Source of the DNA: Planctomycetota bacterium
GTDB taxonomy: Bacteria > Planctomycetota > UBA1135 > UBA2386
Reading direction: 5' to 3'
DNA length: 64,000 bases
Assembly (NCBI GenBank): GCA_965223545.1
Contig: OZ245006.1
Coordinates: forward strand, 4,000,001-4,064,000
Shown: positions 29,680 through 40,600 of the stretch, one piece after another
How the letters are laid out: every line of letters starts with the position of its first letter
Position numbering within the stretch: position 1 is the stretch's first letter
Notes under the pieces: model-generated
What the model was told of the DNA's origin: nothing
The model's input: the letters and a program-made list of their open reading frames with translations, nothing else
The model's database searches: none
Translations under genes and position numbers: made by a program

Positions 29680-30799
29680 GCAAGCGCTCGCCGACGGTAT
29701 CGGCGAGCAGCAGGCCTTGCGGTGTCAGGCGGACGACATCGTCGTCCTCCGCCAGCAGCTTCTCGGCGCGCAGCGTTTGCAGCGCCTCTTGGAGCGGCGG
29801 TTGCAGCTCGGTTTCGAGCCGAGCGCACACTTCCGACAGCCGCACACCGTCGCGGCGGCGGATGCCGAGCCAGAGGGCCTCGCGGAGCCGGTGGCTGCGA
29901 TCCAGCGCCTCTGCGTCGGCGACCGGCGGCACGCCCGCGTCGATCGAGCGAGCCCACGCGTCGAGGGTCTTGAGGTTGGTGCTGCGGATCCCCGCGCGGT
30001 GGCTGGCGGCGCCCGGACCTACGCCGACCGAGTCCCCCTGCAGCCAATAGTGGTCGTTGTGGCGGCAGACCCCGCCGCGGCCGGCGAAGTTGCTGATCTC
30101 GTAGGCGCGGAAGTCGTGCTCGGCGAGCACTTGCCGGGTGGCGAGGAACATCTCGCGGTCGACGGGCTCCGGGTTGGCGGCGAGCTCACCGCGGGCGTGC
30201 TCGCGGCCGAGTCTGGTGCCGGTCTCGAAGGTGAGGTTGTAGCACGACAGGTGATCGGGCTGCAGCGCCAGCGCCGCGCGTAGGTCCGCCAGCCATTCGT
30301 CCGGCGTCTGGCCCGGTAGAGCGAACATGAGATCGAGGCTGACGTTGTCGAAGTCGGCCGCGCGCAGGGCGGCCACCGCGGCGCGGGTCGCGTCGGCGTC
30401 GTGCGCGCGATCGAGGAACTGCAGCCATCGCGGCGCGAAGCTCTGCGCGCCGACGCTGGCTCGGTTGACGCCTGCGGCGCGCGCGATGTGCGCTTTCTCT
30501 TGCGTCAAGCTCTCCGGGTTGGCCTCCATCGTCACCTCGCTGCACGCGCTCAGGTCGGCGCGCGCGGCGATGAGAGCAAACAGTCGTTGCAGCTGGTCGG
30601 GGTTCAGGTAGCTCGGCGTTCCCCCACCGAAGAACACCGAGACCGGCTCACGCGGGATCCACACCAGCGCGAGCTCGCGCTCGAGGTGGTCCAGATAGTC
30701 GTCGAGCGCGTCCTCGGCGTCCGGCACGTACGACACGAAGTCGCAATAGCCGCACTTGACGACGCAGAACGGCACGTGCACGTACAGCGAGGTGGCCAC
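29666..30799 (-). CDS. hemW: Radical-SAM heme chaperone HemW (HemN-like)
   Basis: LYVHVPFCVVKCGYCDF, GGGTPS, EANP, YEISNF, HN..YW. Confidence 0.9.
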   Translation of the reverse strand: MATSLYVHVPFCVVKCGYCDFVSYVPDAEDALDDYLDHLERELALVWIPREPVSVFFGGGTPSYLNPDQLQRLFALIAARADLSACSEVTMEANPESLTQEKAHIARAAGVNRASVGAQSFAPRWLQFLDRAHDADATRAAVAALRAADFDNVSLDLMFALPGQTPDEWLADLRAALALQPDHLSCYNLTFETGTRLGREHARGELAANPEPVDREMFLATRQVLAEHDFRAYEISNFAGRGGVCRHNDHYWLQGDSVGVGPGAASHRAGIRSTNLKTLDAWARSIDAGVPPVADAEALDRSHRLREALWLGIRRRDGVRLSEVCARLETELQPPLQEALQTLRAEKLLAEDDDVVRLTPQGLLLADTVGERLLRAP

Positions 30800-30865
30800 T
30801 ACGTCGGGAGCGTAGCGCCACCATCGATCCGCGTCGCCGGCGCTGCCGGGGCGCGGTGCCGAGGA

Positions 30866-31723
30866 TCAGCCGTCGAAGGCGTCGGCCTGCTCGGTGGGCT
30901 CCTCTTCGCCGAACTCGCGCGCCATGGTGGCGTTGAGCTTGCGCAGCGCCTCTTGCTCCATCTGCCGCACGCGTTCGCGGGTGACGCCGATCTGTTCGCC
31001 GATCGCCTTGAGGGTCATCGGCTTGGGGTTGTCGGGGCCGATGCCGTAGCGCAGCCGCAGCACCCGGGCCTCGCGCTCATCGATTGCGCACAAGAGCTCC
31101 TGCAGCCGCTGCACCTCGAGGTTGTTGAAGATCTCCTCTTCCGGCGACCGCGTCCGCGTATCGACCAGCGCCTCGGCGTAGACCGAAGAGGCGTCCTCGT
31201 TCATCGAGTGGGTCGGCTGCGAGTTGGCGAGCACCGTGTCGCGCACCACGTCCCAGTTGGTCTGCGGCAGCTCCAGCTCCTGCGCGATCTCCGCCGACGT
31301 CGGGGCACGGCCCAGCATGTAGGTCAGCTCCATCGACATCGTCTTCCAGCGCGAGACGATCTCCGACATGTAGGACGGCACGCGCACGGTCTTCACCGTG
31401 TTGACCAACGCGCGGCGGATGCCCTGCTTGATCCACCAGGTCGCGTAGGTCGAGAAGCGGCAGCCGGCGTCGGCGTCGAACTTCTCGACCGCCTTCATCA
31501 GCCCGATGTTGCCCTCCTCGATCAGGTCCATGAACGACAGGCCGCGGTTGATGTAGTTCTTGGCGATGGAGACCACGAGCCGCAGGTTTGCGCGGATCAT
31601 GTGCTCGCGCGCGGCCATGTCGCCCTGCGCGATGCGCCGCGCGAGCGCGATCTCCTCCTCCGGTTTCAACAACGGCACTTCGTTGATGTCCGACAGATAG
31701 GTATCCAGTCCGTTGTCTCTCAT
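30866..31723 (-). CDS. RpoD/SigA-family sigma-70 factor (no region 1.1)
   Basis: [58 protein letters not shown]. Confidence 0.92.
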   Translation of the reverse strand: MRDNGLDTYLSDINEVPLLKPEEEIALARRIAQGDMAAREHMIRANLRLVVSIAKNYINRGLSFMDLIEEGNIGLMKAVEKFDADAGCRFSTYATWWIKQGIRRALVNTVKTVRVPSYMSEIVSRWKTMSMELTYMLGRAPTSAEIAQELELPQTNWDVVRDTVLANSQPTHSMNEDASSVYAEALVDTRTRSPEEEIFNNLEVQRLQELLCAIDEREARVLRLRYGIGPDNPKPMTLKAIGEQIGVTRERVRQMEQEALRKLNATMAREFGEEEPTEQADAFDG

Positions 31724-31892
31724 CCCGGTCCACCGCCCGTCCCACGGGCCTCCACTCCCTCTGAACAGGCGAGATATCGGGCAGTCGTCGGGGCGACTTG
31801 ACGCACCTTGTCGGGGAATGCGACACCCGCGCACCGCATTGTCGCACGAAACGACGATACGAGGGGCGGCTCGGTGGGGTTCCGAGAGCCGG

Positions 31893-32387
31893 TCAGGCCT
31901 CCAGCGGCCAGCGCGGCGCGGAGATCGGCCCGGGGCGTTCGACCCCGGCGTAGGCGATGTGGGGGTCCGGAGTCGGTTCCGGCGACTGCGCGCCGTGCCG
32001 GGCCGCCAAGGGATCGTGCGGGTAGAACAGCTCGAGGTCCTTGGGTCGCGAGCCGATCATCAGCACCACGCACGGCCCGTCGCCGGCGCCGATGAACACG
32101 TGCGAGGTGCCGGCGGGACAGTGGACGAAGTCCCATGCTCCGAGCCGCTTCTCCTCGCCGTTGACGAGCAGCAGGCACTCCCCCGACAGCACCAAGAAGT
32201 TCTCCTGGGCGCTCTCGCGGTGGTAGCGGCAGTTGGGCTTGCCCGGCTCGAGGATCGCGATGTTGATGCCGATCTCGGGGAACCGCTGCTCCCGCTCGAA
32301 CAAGACCCTGCGGCCGAAGTCCGCGCTCTCCACCCACCGCGCGTCCTGCACGTTGACCGTGAACCAACCCTCGCGTTGTTCGATCAT
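31893..32387 (-). CDS. Cupin-domain protein
   Basis: [23 protein letters not shown] and [10 protein letters not shown] cupin motifs. Confidence 0.85.
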   Translation of the reverse strand: MIEQREGWFTVNVQDARWVESADFGRRVLFEREQRFPEIGINIAILEPGKPNCRYHRESAQENFLVLSGECLLLVNGEEKRLGAWDFVHCPAGTSHVFIGAGDGPCVVLMIGSRPKDLELFYPHDPLAARHGAQSPEPTPDPHIAYAGVERPGPISAPRWPLEA

Positions 32388-32441
32388 GTGGCGAGTGTAT
32401 CGCGCGCGGGCTAGGGGCTACGCTGCGGGGCCAGAGACGCG

Positions 32442-33389
32442 ATGACCGGTGCTGTTGAGGGCGACGACGCGGTGGACGCCGACGCGCGAGCGGCAGGCTG
32501 TTGCGCGGTGGTGGTCAACTATCGAACGCCCGACCTTGCCACGACTTGCGTCGACTCTCTCCGGGCTGATGGGGACCTGCGCGTGGTGCTGGTCGACAAC
32601 GGATCGGCCGACGGCAGCGCCGAGCAGCTGCGCGCCGCGGCGGCGTCGCGACCGTGGCTGACCGTGTTGGAGGAGCCGACCAACGAGGGCTTCGGCGCCG
32701 GCTGCAACCGCGGCATCGAGCACGCGCTGCGGCAAGACCCGGACCTGGATCTGTTGCTGTTGGTCAACTCGGATGCCGTGCTGCAACCGGGCAGCATCGC
32801 CGCGCTGCGCGCCTCCGCAGCCGCGCACCCCGAGGCGGGAATCATCGGCGGCCGCGTACTGTCGGCCGACGGCGCGCGCGTGCTGTTCGAGAACGGAGTG
32901 CTGCGGCCGTACACGCTGGCGCGGTCGCACGCCAAGGCGCCTGCAGGGGAGCGCGACTTCGAGACCGAGTTCGTCACCGGCGCGCTGATGTGCATCGACG
33001 CCCAGCTGCTGCGCGACGGCCTCCGCTTCGACGAACGCTACTTCCTGTACGTCGAAGACCTCGACCTGTGCCGCGAAGTGCGCCGCCGCGGCCGTTCGCT
33101 GCGCGTCACCCTGGACGCCGCCGTGCGCCACGAGGACGGTGGCAGCCAGCAGGACCAAGTCGCGGACGCCGCGGGAATGCGTCCCGACCAGCTGTTCTAC
33201 ATCACCCGCAACAAAGTGCGCTTCGCGCGGCGCTGGCTGCGCTGGCCGCAGCGCCTGGTGTTCTATGCAGTCGCCGGCGTGGCAAAGCCGCTGGTTGGCG
33301 TGCTGCGCTTTCGCAGCCTGGCGTTCCTGCGCCATTACTACGCGGGCCTCGCCGCCGGCCTTTGCGGTGGCGACGGAGCGCGCCGATGA
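32442..33389 (+). CDS. Glycosyltransferase family 2
   Basis: VVVNY, VDNGSADG, NEGFGAGCNRG, LLVNSD, FDERYFLYVEDLDLC. Start may be GTG 32472. Confidence 0.9.
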   Translation: MTGAVEGDDAVDADARAAGCCAVVVNYRTPDLATTCVDSLRADGDLRVVLVDNGSADGSAEQLRAAAASRPWLTVLEEPTNEGFGAGCNRGIEHALRQDPDLDLLLLVNSDAVLQPGSIAALRASAAAHPEAGIIGGRVLSADGARVLFENGVLRPYTLARSHAKAPAGERDFETEFVTGALMCIDAQLLRDGLRFDERYFLYVEDLDLCREVRRRGRSLRVTLDAAVRHEDGGSQQDQVADAAGMRPDQLFYITRNKVRFARRWLRWPQRLVFYAVAGVAKPLVGVLRFRSLAFLRHYYAGLAAGLCGGDGARR

Positions 33390-34510
33390 CCGACGCGCCC
33401 GCAGTGCTGTTCGTCTCGCACTCGGCGCAGCTCTACGGCGCCGAGCGCTCGCTGCTGGCGCTCGCCGCCGCGTTGCGCGACCGCGGCGCGTTCCGCCCGT
33501 TCGTGCTCGTGCCGCGCCGCGGTCCCCTGCTCGACGCCTTGGCCGCGCGCGACGTGCCGGCAAAGCTGGTCCACTACCACCACTGGATCGGCCGCCGCCA
33601 CCGCGCGCTGCGCGCCCCGACCTCGATGGCGCTCAACCTCGCCGCGGCCGCGAAGCTGCGGCCCGAAACCGTCGGCAAGCCCGATCTGATCTACACCAAC
33701 ACGGTGGCGACCCCGTTCGGCGCGCTGCTGGCGCGGCGCTGGGCTGTGCCGCACGTGTGGCATTTGCGCGAGCTGGTGGCGCAGGACACGTTCGACTTCG
33801 GCGAGCGTCGCAGCGCAAAGCTGATCGCGCGCGCCGCGCGCGTCCTGTGCAACTCGCGCGCGGTGCGCGACCGATTCGCGCGCTCGATCGATCCAAAGCG
33901 CATGACGGTGGTCTACAACGGCTTCGAGTTCGAGGAACCGCGCGCGGCGAGCGCACCGGCGGATGGGCAAGTCCGCTTGGTCATCGCCGGCGCCCTGCAC
34001 GAGGGCAAGGGCCACGCCGACGCGCTGGCTGCGCTGGCGCAGCTGGCAGCGGCTGGCGTCGACGCACGGCTCGATGTGCTGGGCGATGGGCCGGAGGCCG
34101 AGCGAGTGCGGTTGCGCGCCCTCGCGCGCGATCTCGGCGTCGCTGACGCGGTGTGTTGGCACGGCTTCGTCGACGACCCCGCAGCACACCTGGCGCGCGC
34201 AACCGCGGTCTTGGCGTGCTCGCCCAACGAGGCGTTCGGCCGAGTGGCGGTGGAGGCCATGGCGGCGGGGGCGCCCGTCGTCGCGGCGGCGGCCGCCGGG
34301 TTGTGCGAGGTGGTGGAGGACGGGGTGACGGGGTTGCTCTATCCGCCGGGTGATGCGGACGCGTTGGCGAGCGCAGTGCGAAAGCTCATTGACGACGTCG
34401 CCCTGCGCGATCGGCTCGCGGCTGCGGGGAGCGCATCGGTGCGGGCGCGGTTCTCGCTCGAAGCGCACGTGGGCGCGATCGAGGACATCCTGTCCTCGAC
34501 CTTGGCATGA
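33386..34510 (+). CDS. Glycosyltransferase family 4
   Basis: YGAERSLL, HVWHLRE, VVYNG, KGH, EAFGRVAVEAMAAG; ATGA overlap. Confidence 0.9.
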   Translation: MTDAPAVLFVSHSAQLYGAERSLLALAAALRDRGAFRPFVLVPRRGPLLDALAARDVPAKLVHYHHWIGRRHRALRAPTSMALNLAAAAKLRPETVGKPDLIYTNTVATPFGALLARRWAVPHVWHLRELVAQDTFDFGERRSAKLIARAARVLCNSRAVRDRFARSIDPKRMTVVYNGFEFEEPRAASAPADGQVRLVIAGALHEGKGHADALAALAQLAAAGVDARLDVLGDGPEAERVRLRALARDLGVADAVCWHGFVDDPAAHLARATAVLACSPNEAFGRVAVEAMAAGAPVVAAAAAGLCEVVEDGVTGLLYPPGDADALASAVRKLIDDVALRDRLAAAGSASVRARFSLEAHVGAIEDILSSTLA

Positions 34511-34662
34511 CGCATTGCGAGAAAGAGACCGAGGCACCAGAACCGCGTCGGATACTCCGAATGATCGACGAGATGGAGAAGCCAAAGCAGGAGCTCCGCA
34601 GCTACGTTGGAGGGGTGCCTGTGGTCCTCGCGGAGTTCGATTTGCAGGGCACGAACCTCTAA
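34507..34662 (+). CDS. Possible 51-aa small ORF or gene remnant
   Basis: ATGA-coupled to the GT4 stop: MTHCEKETEAPEPRRILRMIDEMEKPKQELRSYVGGVPVVLAEFDLQGTNL. Below the ORF-track cutoff. Confidence 0.25.
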   Translation: MTHCEKETEAPEPRRILRMIDEMEKPKQELRSYVGGVPVVLAEFDLQGTNL

Positions 34663-34754
34663 GAGCGTGCTCGGCAAGCGGCGCGAGTTCAGCGATCGCA
34701 GACCGATCGAGTGCGGACCGCCGGAGCTGGAGCTGCGCCGCGAGCCTGGTCCTC

Positions 34755-36959
34755 TCAGCTCCCGACGTGCGCGCGCACGGCGTTGGACAAGGCGAGAGTG
34801 GATGCGAAGGCGCCGTTCGGATCGAACACCGCGTCCTGCAGGTAGAGGTCGAGGCACAACAGCGCCGGGTCGTTGGGCACGCTGAACACGTAGCTCTGTT
34901 CGCCTGCGCCGTCGGTGAACCGCAGCACGCTGGCGATCGGGGTCGCCAGGTAGAGGTCGCAGCCACCGCCCAGTGCCGTGGTCGCCTGGCTGGCGGAGAA
35001 GGACACCAGCACCGGCGCGAACGGCAGCGCGTTGGTGAGCTGCACGCCGAACGCCGGGTTGCCCAAGCTCGGCACGCCGATCCCGGTCAGCACCGGCACC
35101 AGGCCGCCGGTGCCCGGGCAGCCGGTGCCGAAGTCCTGCGTCAGCGCCGTGGCGGCACCGAGCGTCACGCTGAGGTCGTCGGAGCCCTGGTTGGCGATCA
35201 CCACGTCGTCGGCGCAGTCGCCGTTGAGGTCGCCGATCGCGACGGCCACCGGGTTGCTGCCGACCGTCAGGGCCGCGGTGCTCTGGAAGACCGAGCCGGT
35301 CGCGTCGTAGCCGTAGTGCGCCTCCGCGTCGCCCGAGCCGGCGTGCACCACGACGACGTCGCGCCGCGTCAAGAAGCCCGGCATCGAGTCGCCGTCGAGC
35401 TCGCCGCACGCCACGTCCACCGCGAAGGTGCCGCCGGTGGCGACGTCGCCGCCGGCGGTGTAGTCGCTCGGATCGAGAGCGCCGCCGCCGGTGTAGGTGT
35501 AGACGCGCAGGTCGGTGCCGGGCGTCGGGAACAGCACCGGCAGGACGACGGCGAGGTCGATGCTGCCGTCGCCGTCGAGGTCGCCGCAGCAGATGCCGGT
35601 GGCGAGGCCCGAGGTGGGCAGCGCGATGGCGCCGGCGAAGGTGAGACCGCCGAGGCCGTCGCCGTCGAACAGCAGCACTTGGTCGGTGGTGCCCTGCGCG
35701 ACGGCGGCGAGGTCGTTGTCGCCGTCGCCGTCGAGGTCGCAGAGCCCGAGCTTGACCACCTGGGTGGCGTTGCCGGCCGGGATGGTCAGATCGCTGAACG
35801 CGCCGCCGTTGAGCGATACGGCGATGCCGTCGCCACCGCTGAGGGGCTCGCCCTCGCGCGCCACGACGACGTCGTCGCGGCTGTCGGCGGCGTCGAGGTC
35901 GCCGACCGCGACGTCCGTCGGGTGCAGACCCCCCGAAGCGAGGCTCGCCGCGACCGGCGTTCCCCCCACGTCGGTGATCGTGCCGACGGTGTGCGAGTCG
36001 GCACAGGCCACCACCACGTCGTCGGCGAAGCCGTCGTCGTCGAGGTCACCGGCGGCGATCGCGACCGGAGTCTGGTCGGCGGCGTCGAGGGCGACCGAGC
36101 TCTCGGTCAGCGCGCCGGCACCGTCGTTGCTCCACAGCGACACGTCGTGCGAGCTGCTGTTCGCCGTCGTGGCGTCGAGGTCGCCGTCGCCGTCCGCGTC
36201 CAGCAGCGCGACATCACGCGGCGCCGTCGGCCCCATCGATGCCGACGGCGTGAAGCTGTTGTTGGTGATGCCGTCCGCGGAGTCCACCGTCATGCCGACG
36301 AGTGGGCCACCGACCGCGTCGGTAAACACGTTGGTCGCCCGCAACGCCGAGGTGTGGTCGATCTGTTGGGCACCCTGGTTTCCATGCGCCTCCGAGATGA
36401 CGATCGTGCGCACACGCAGCGGCACGTTGGTCTCGACCGCGAAAGAAGGTGTCGTGAACGTGCCCGCCGTGTTCGCGAAGAAGAACTGGGCAGGGTTGAT
36501 GGACGACAGCAGCGTCCCGTCGCTCTTGCGGTACACCTGCACGCGGAACCGCACGGTGCCGCCAAGCGACGTCGTGACGTCGTAGTCGAAGTTGAGGGTG
36601 ACGTTGGCCGACGTGCTCGCTCCTCCCGTGCCAAAGACCACGTCGTCGAACTCCCACCAGGCGTTGGAGTGCGTGACCTTGTTGGTCGCCAAGTTGTGTG
36701 AGGCGTAGGCCCTGGCGTTCAGGACCACGCCACTGTTTGCGAAACCGCCGTATGCGACGCCGGGCGACGGGTTGTAATTGGCGGGGGCCACGCCCACGGG
36801 CGGGGTCGTGCTCTGTGCGGTGACCGGCGTGCCGCCCACGGGATTGCTCGGCTCGTACGTCACTTCGACGCCGAACAGGCTCTGCGCGGGCAAGGACGCG
36901 GCGCCGATGCAGCACGACGACGCGAAGACGAGAAGGGAGAACGAGAGGATCTGAGGCAT
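34755..36959 (-). CDS. Secreted FG-GAP/VCBS-repeat protein with a conserved C-terminal domain
   Basis: Signal peptide from ATG 36959; repeated D[AL]DGDGDxD / GDLNGD loops; C-terminal FGTGC...VPN...LYLQ...LSN domain. Confidence 0.88.
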   Translation of the reverse strand: MPQILSFSLLVFASSCCIGAASLPAQSLFGVEVTYEPSNPVGGTPVTAQSTTPPVGVAPANYNPSPGVAYGGFANSGVVLNARAYASHNLATNKVTHSNAWWEFDDVVFGTGGASTSANVTLNFDYDVTTSLGGTVRFRVQVYRKSDGTLLSSINPAQFFFANTAGTFTTPSFAVETNVPLRVRTIVISEAHGNQGAQQIDHTSALRATNVFTDAVGGPLVGMTVDSADGITNNSFTPSASMGPTAPRDVALLDADGDGDLDATTANSSSHDVSLWSNDGAGALTESSVALDAADQTPVAIAAGDLDDDGFADDVVVACADSHTVGTITDVGGTPVAASLASGGLHPTDVAVGDLDAADSRDDVVVAREGEPLSGGDGIAVSLNGGAFSDLTIPAGNATQVVKLGLCDLDGDGDNDLAAVAQGTTDQVLLFDGDGLGGLTFAGAIALPTSGLATGICCGDLDGDGSIDLAVVLPVLFPTPGTDLRVYTYTGGGALDPSDYTAGGDVATGGTFAVDVACGELDGDSMPGFLTRRDVVVVHAGSGDAEAHYGYDATGSVFQSTAALTVGSNPVAVAIGDLNGDCADDVVIANQGSDDLSVTLGAATALTQDFGTGCPGTGGLVPVLTGIGVPSLGNPAFGVQLTNALPFAPVLVSFSASQATTALGGGCDLYLATPIASVLRFTDGAGEQSYVFSVPNDPALLCLDLYLQDAVFDPNGAFASTLALSNAVRAHVGS

Positions 36960-37104
36960 GTTCTGCGCTTGGCCGTAACCTGGACTGGCCGCAAACACGG
37001 CCGTGAGACGGGGCTGTTCGCCCCCGGAGTCCCGAACCCGGAGCGCCGGCGCAGGCCGCCAGCATTTCTCTCGCATCGCCGCGTAGAATCAGCGCCGCGA
37101 CGCC

Positions 37105-37671
37105 GTGGCACGACCCCTGACGCAGCTCCTGAACCGCATGGGTGCCGGCGACGCGTCGGCCCGCGAGGCGCTGTTCGATCGCGTGTACGAAGAGCTGCGT
37201 CGGCTGGCGCAGGGCCACGTCGGGCGCGCCGGTGCGGGCCACTCGCTACTGCAGCCCACGGCGCTCGTACACGAGGCCTACCTCCGTCTGATCAAGGTCG
37301 AGGATCCCTCGTTCGAGAGTCGCCGGGCGTTCTTCGCGCTCGCGTCCCGATGCATGCGCAGCGTCCTGGTCAACCACGCGCGCGCGCGGCACGCGCAAAA
37401 GCGTGGCGGACCGGGCGCCGATCTGGCGATCGACACGCAGACCCCCGTACCCGACGTCGCCGACCACGCCATCGACCTGCTCGACCTCAGCCTCGCGCTC
37501 GAGGAGCTCGAGCAGATCGACCCCGTGCTGGCGCAGGCCATCGAGCTGCGGCACTTGGCCGGGCAGTCGGTGCAGGAGGTCGCCGAAATCATGTCCAGCT
37601 CCCAGCGCTCCACCGAACGAAGGCTCCGGGTGGCGCATTCCTGGCTGCGGGATCGCTTCGATGTCGCTTGA
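37105..37671 (+). CDS. ECF sigma factor of the kinase-associated 'QPTALVHE' type
   Basis: LFDRVYEELRRLA, LQPTALVHEAYLRL, MRSVLVNHAR..KRGG; overlaps the downstream kinase gene. Confidence 0.9.
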   Translation: MARPLTQLLNRMGAGDASAREALFDRVYEELRRLAQGHVGRAGAGHSLLQPTALVHEAYLRLIKVEDPSFESRRAFFALASRCMRSVLVNHARARHAQKRGGPGADLAIDTQTPVPDVADHAIDLLDLSLALEELEQIDPVLAQAIELRHLAGQSVQEVAEIMSSSQRSTERRLRVAHSWLRDRFDVA

Positions 37672-40600
37672 GCCAGAACACGAGCGCCGCGCCCTGCGCG
37701 TGCTGGGTGAGGTGCTCGACGTGCCGCCGTCCGAGCTCCCAACGCGGCTCGCCGAGCTCTGCGGTGGGGATGCGCGGCTGCGCCGCCGCGTCGAGGACCT
37801 GCTGGGCCACGCCGCTGCTGGCGCGCCGCCGCTCGCCGACGGTGGCGAATGGCTCGGCGACCTCCTGCCCGACGAGCCGCCGCGGATCTCCGGCAAGATC
37901 GGCAGCTACGAGATCCTGGAGCCGCTCGGGCAGGGCGGGATGAGCGAGGTGTACCGCGCGCGCCAGGCCGAACCCGCGCGGGACGTGGCGATCAAGATCC
38001 TGCGGCACGGCTTGCTCGATGCCAACGCCCGGCGTCGGTTCCAGAACGAGGCGCACCTCCTCGCCCATCTGCGCCACCCCAACATCGCGGAGGTTTTCGA
38101 CGCCGGTGTCCACACCGAGTGCACGTCGACGGGGGTGCGCGAGCTTCCCTACCTGGTGCTCGAGTGCGTCGGCGGTGCGCGCACGATCGTGGACTACGCC
38201 GAGCAAGAAAGCCTGTCGCTCCGGGCGCGGTTGCGATTGCTGGCGGACGTCGCGCGGGCGGTGCACCACGGTCACCAGAACGGCGTGATCCACCGCGATC
38301 TCAAGCCGGCCAACGTCCTGGTCGGTCGGGACGGCAGGGCCAAGGTGATCGACTTCGGTGTGGCGCGCGTGGTGCAAGGCGACCTGACACCGCAGACCGT
38401 GATGACCCTTGCCGGCCAGGTCGTCGGCACGCTCGGCTACATCCCGCCCGAGCTGCTGGCCGGTGAGGTGGAAGTCGCGGACGTCCGCGCCGACGTCTAC
38501 GCGCTCGGCGCCATGGCCTACCAGCTGGTGCTCGGCACGCTGCCGTTCGCAGTCGACGGCCTCTCGATCGCAGAGGCGGCGCGCCGGGTGACGACGACCG
38601 TGCCGATCCGTCCGCGCGCCCGGCGCCCGTCGCTCGACCCCGACCTGGAGGGTGTGCTCTGGCAGGCCGTCGCGCGGGATCCGGCGGATCGCTACGCGAC
38701 CGCCGATGCGTTCGCCGAGGACCTCGAGCGCTGGCTGCGCCACGAGGCGGTGGCCGCGCGGCGGCCCGGCCTGCTGCGGCGGTTGCGGCTGTTCGTGCGG
38801 CGGGACCCGAGCCTCGCGGGCGCCATGGCAGCGATCGCGGCCCTCCTCCTTCTCGGCGCTTTGACCATCGCCGTTCTGCAGGCGCTGGCGCGCGCGGACT
38901 CCGAGGCCAAGGCGCGCGAGGTGACGGCGGCAAAGGAGCTTGCCGAGTTCCGCCTGTCGGTGGCGAGCGTCGCGACTGCGCAGGTGGCGTTGCAACGCGG
39001 TGACCTGGCGCTCGCCCAGCACCACCTCACCGCGGTCCCGACTGCGCATCGCCAGCTCGAGTGGCATATCCTGCACCACGCCGCGAACCAGCATGTCCGG
39101 GAGTTCGCGCTCGACACGGAGCGCGAGGATCGCCTGGTCCGCGACTTCCGCGCCTTCGTGGCGATTCACCCCGACGGCGAGCATCTGTACACGGCCGCCG
39201 GGACACGCCTGCGACGCATCGAGATCGACACCGGTCGAGTCGTGGCACGGCATCGCTCCGACGCCGCGTTTCGGCTGCCGATCGCGATCGCGGGCGATGG
39301 CGGGCGGCTCGTCGCGGACAGCTTCCCCGCCACCAACCTCTGGAGTGCGCACCCGATCACGCCGCTGCCGCGGTTCACGTCGTTGAAACCGAAGTGCATC
39401 GCGATCTCGCCCGACAGCACACGCGTCGTGCAGGCGACGTACCGCGGTTGGCTGCACTCGGGCAGCGCGGATGGCAGTCACGTGCGGGACGTCTTCGTGC
39501 CCGCTGGTGTCGACGCGCTGGTTTGGCCAGGGCGCGCGAACGCCTGCTACATGCTCAGCGGCGAGTCGCTGCTGCGCTTCGATCCGAGCAGTCTCGCGCT
39601 CGCCGAGGTGTGCTCGCTGGGCGCGCCAGCGCGGCCGCTGCTCGCCGCTTCCGCGGATGGCAGCACGCTGGCCACCGTGGTGCGCGGCGTGATCCAAGGC
39701 ATCGACACGGCGTCCGGCGCCGGCACGTTCTCGTTGCCCGTGGTGGACTCTGTCCGGGCGTTGGCCTTGTGCCCCGACGCGCGGTTGCTCGCGGCCGGGT
39801 TCGAGAACGGCGGCATCCTGATCCAGGGTCTGCCGCCCGACGAGGGCCCGCGCATCATCGCGGGCCACTCGCGACCGGTCACCGACCTGGTCTTCCACCC
39901 GGCGGGCGGCCTGCTGGTCTCCGCGGGTGCCGATGACGTCGCCCGGGTGTGGGATCCGTACCGGCCGCCGCCGGCCACCGCAGTCGACCGCCACCTTGGT
40001 TTCCTCGAGCGCGGGCCAGGGCACTGCGTCCACGGCGAGGCCGCGGGCCGGATCGTCTCTCGTGGCGAAGACGCGGTCGTGCGGGTCTTCGCTGCCGACG
40101 ACCTGTCGCCGTTGTCGGCGGTGCTGGACGCGGGTGACGTCGGTCCCCTGCTGGCGTTCGAACCAGGCACCGGCCTGCTGCTGACGGCCGGACCGGGCCT
40201 CGAGGTCCAGGCACGCGAGACGCTGGACTTGTCCGTCGTGCGTACCGTCGCCGCGCCATTCCGCCCGCAGCAACTGGTCTTCGCGCCGGGCGGACGGACC
40301 TGTGTGATCGCGCGCGGCGCGCGGCTACAACGGCTGGACTGGCGCGAGACGCGGGCCGGCTGGAGCATCCGGCCGCGTCCCGACCATCGGGTGCGGGCGA
40401 TCCGCTGGTCTGCGGATGGCACCAGGATCGCGATCTCCTGCGGAACGGAGGTGCTTCTCGTCGACGCGCACGACGGCAGCGTGATGCACCTTGCGGAGCA
40501 CCCATCGGTCGTGCGCGCGCTGTGCTTCCTCCGCGGCGGCGAATTGCTGGCGGCTGCCGGGGACGACGGGCTGGTGAGGGTGTGGCAGACCGCGCGCTCC

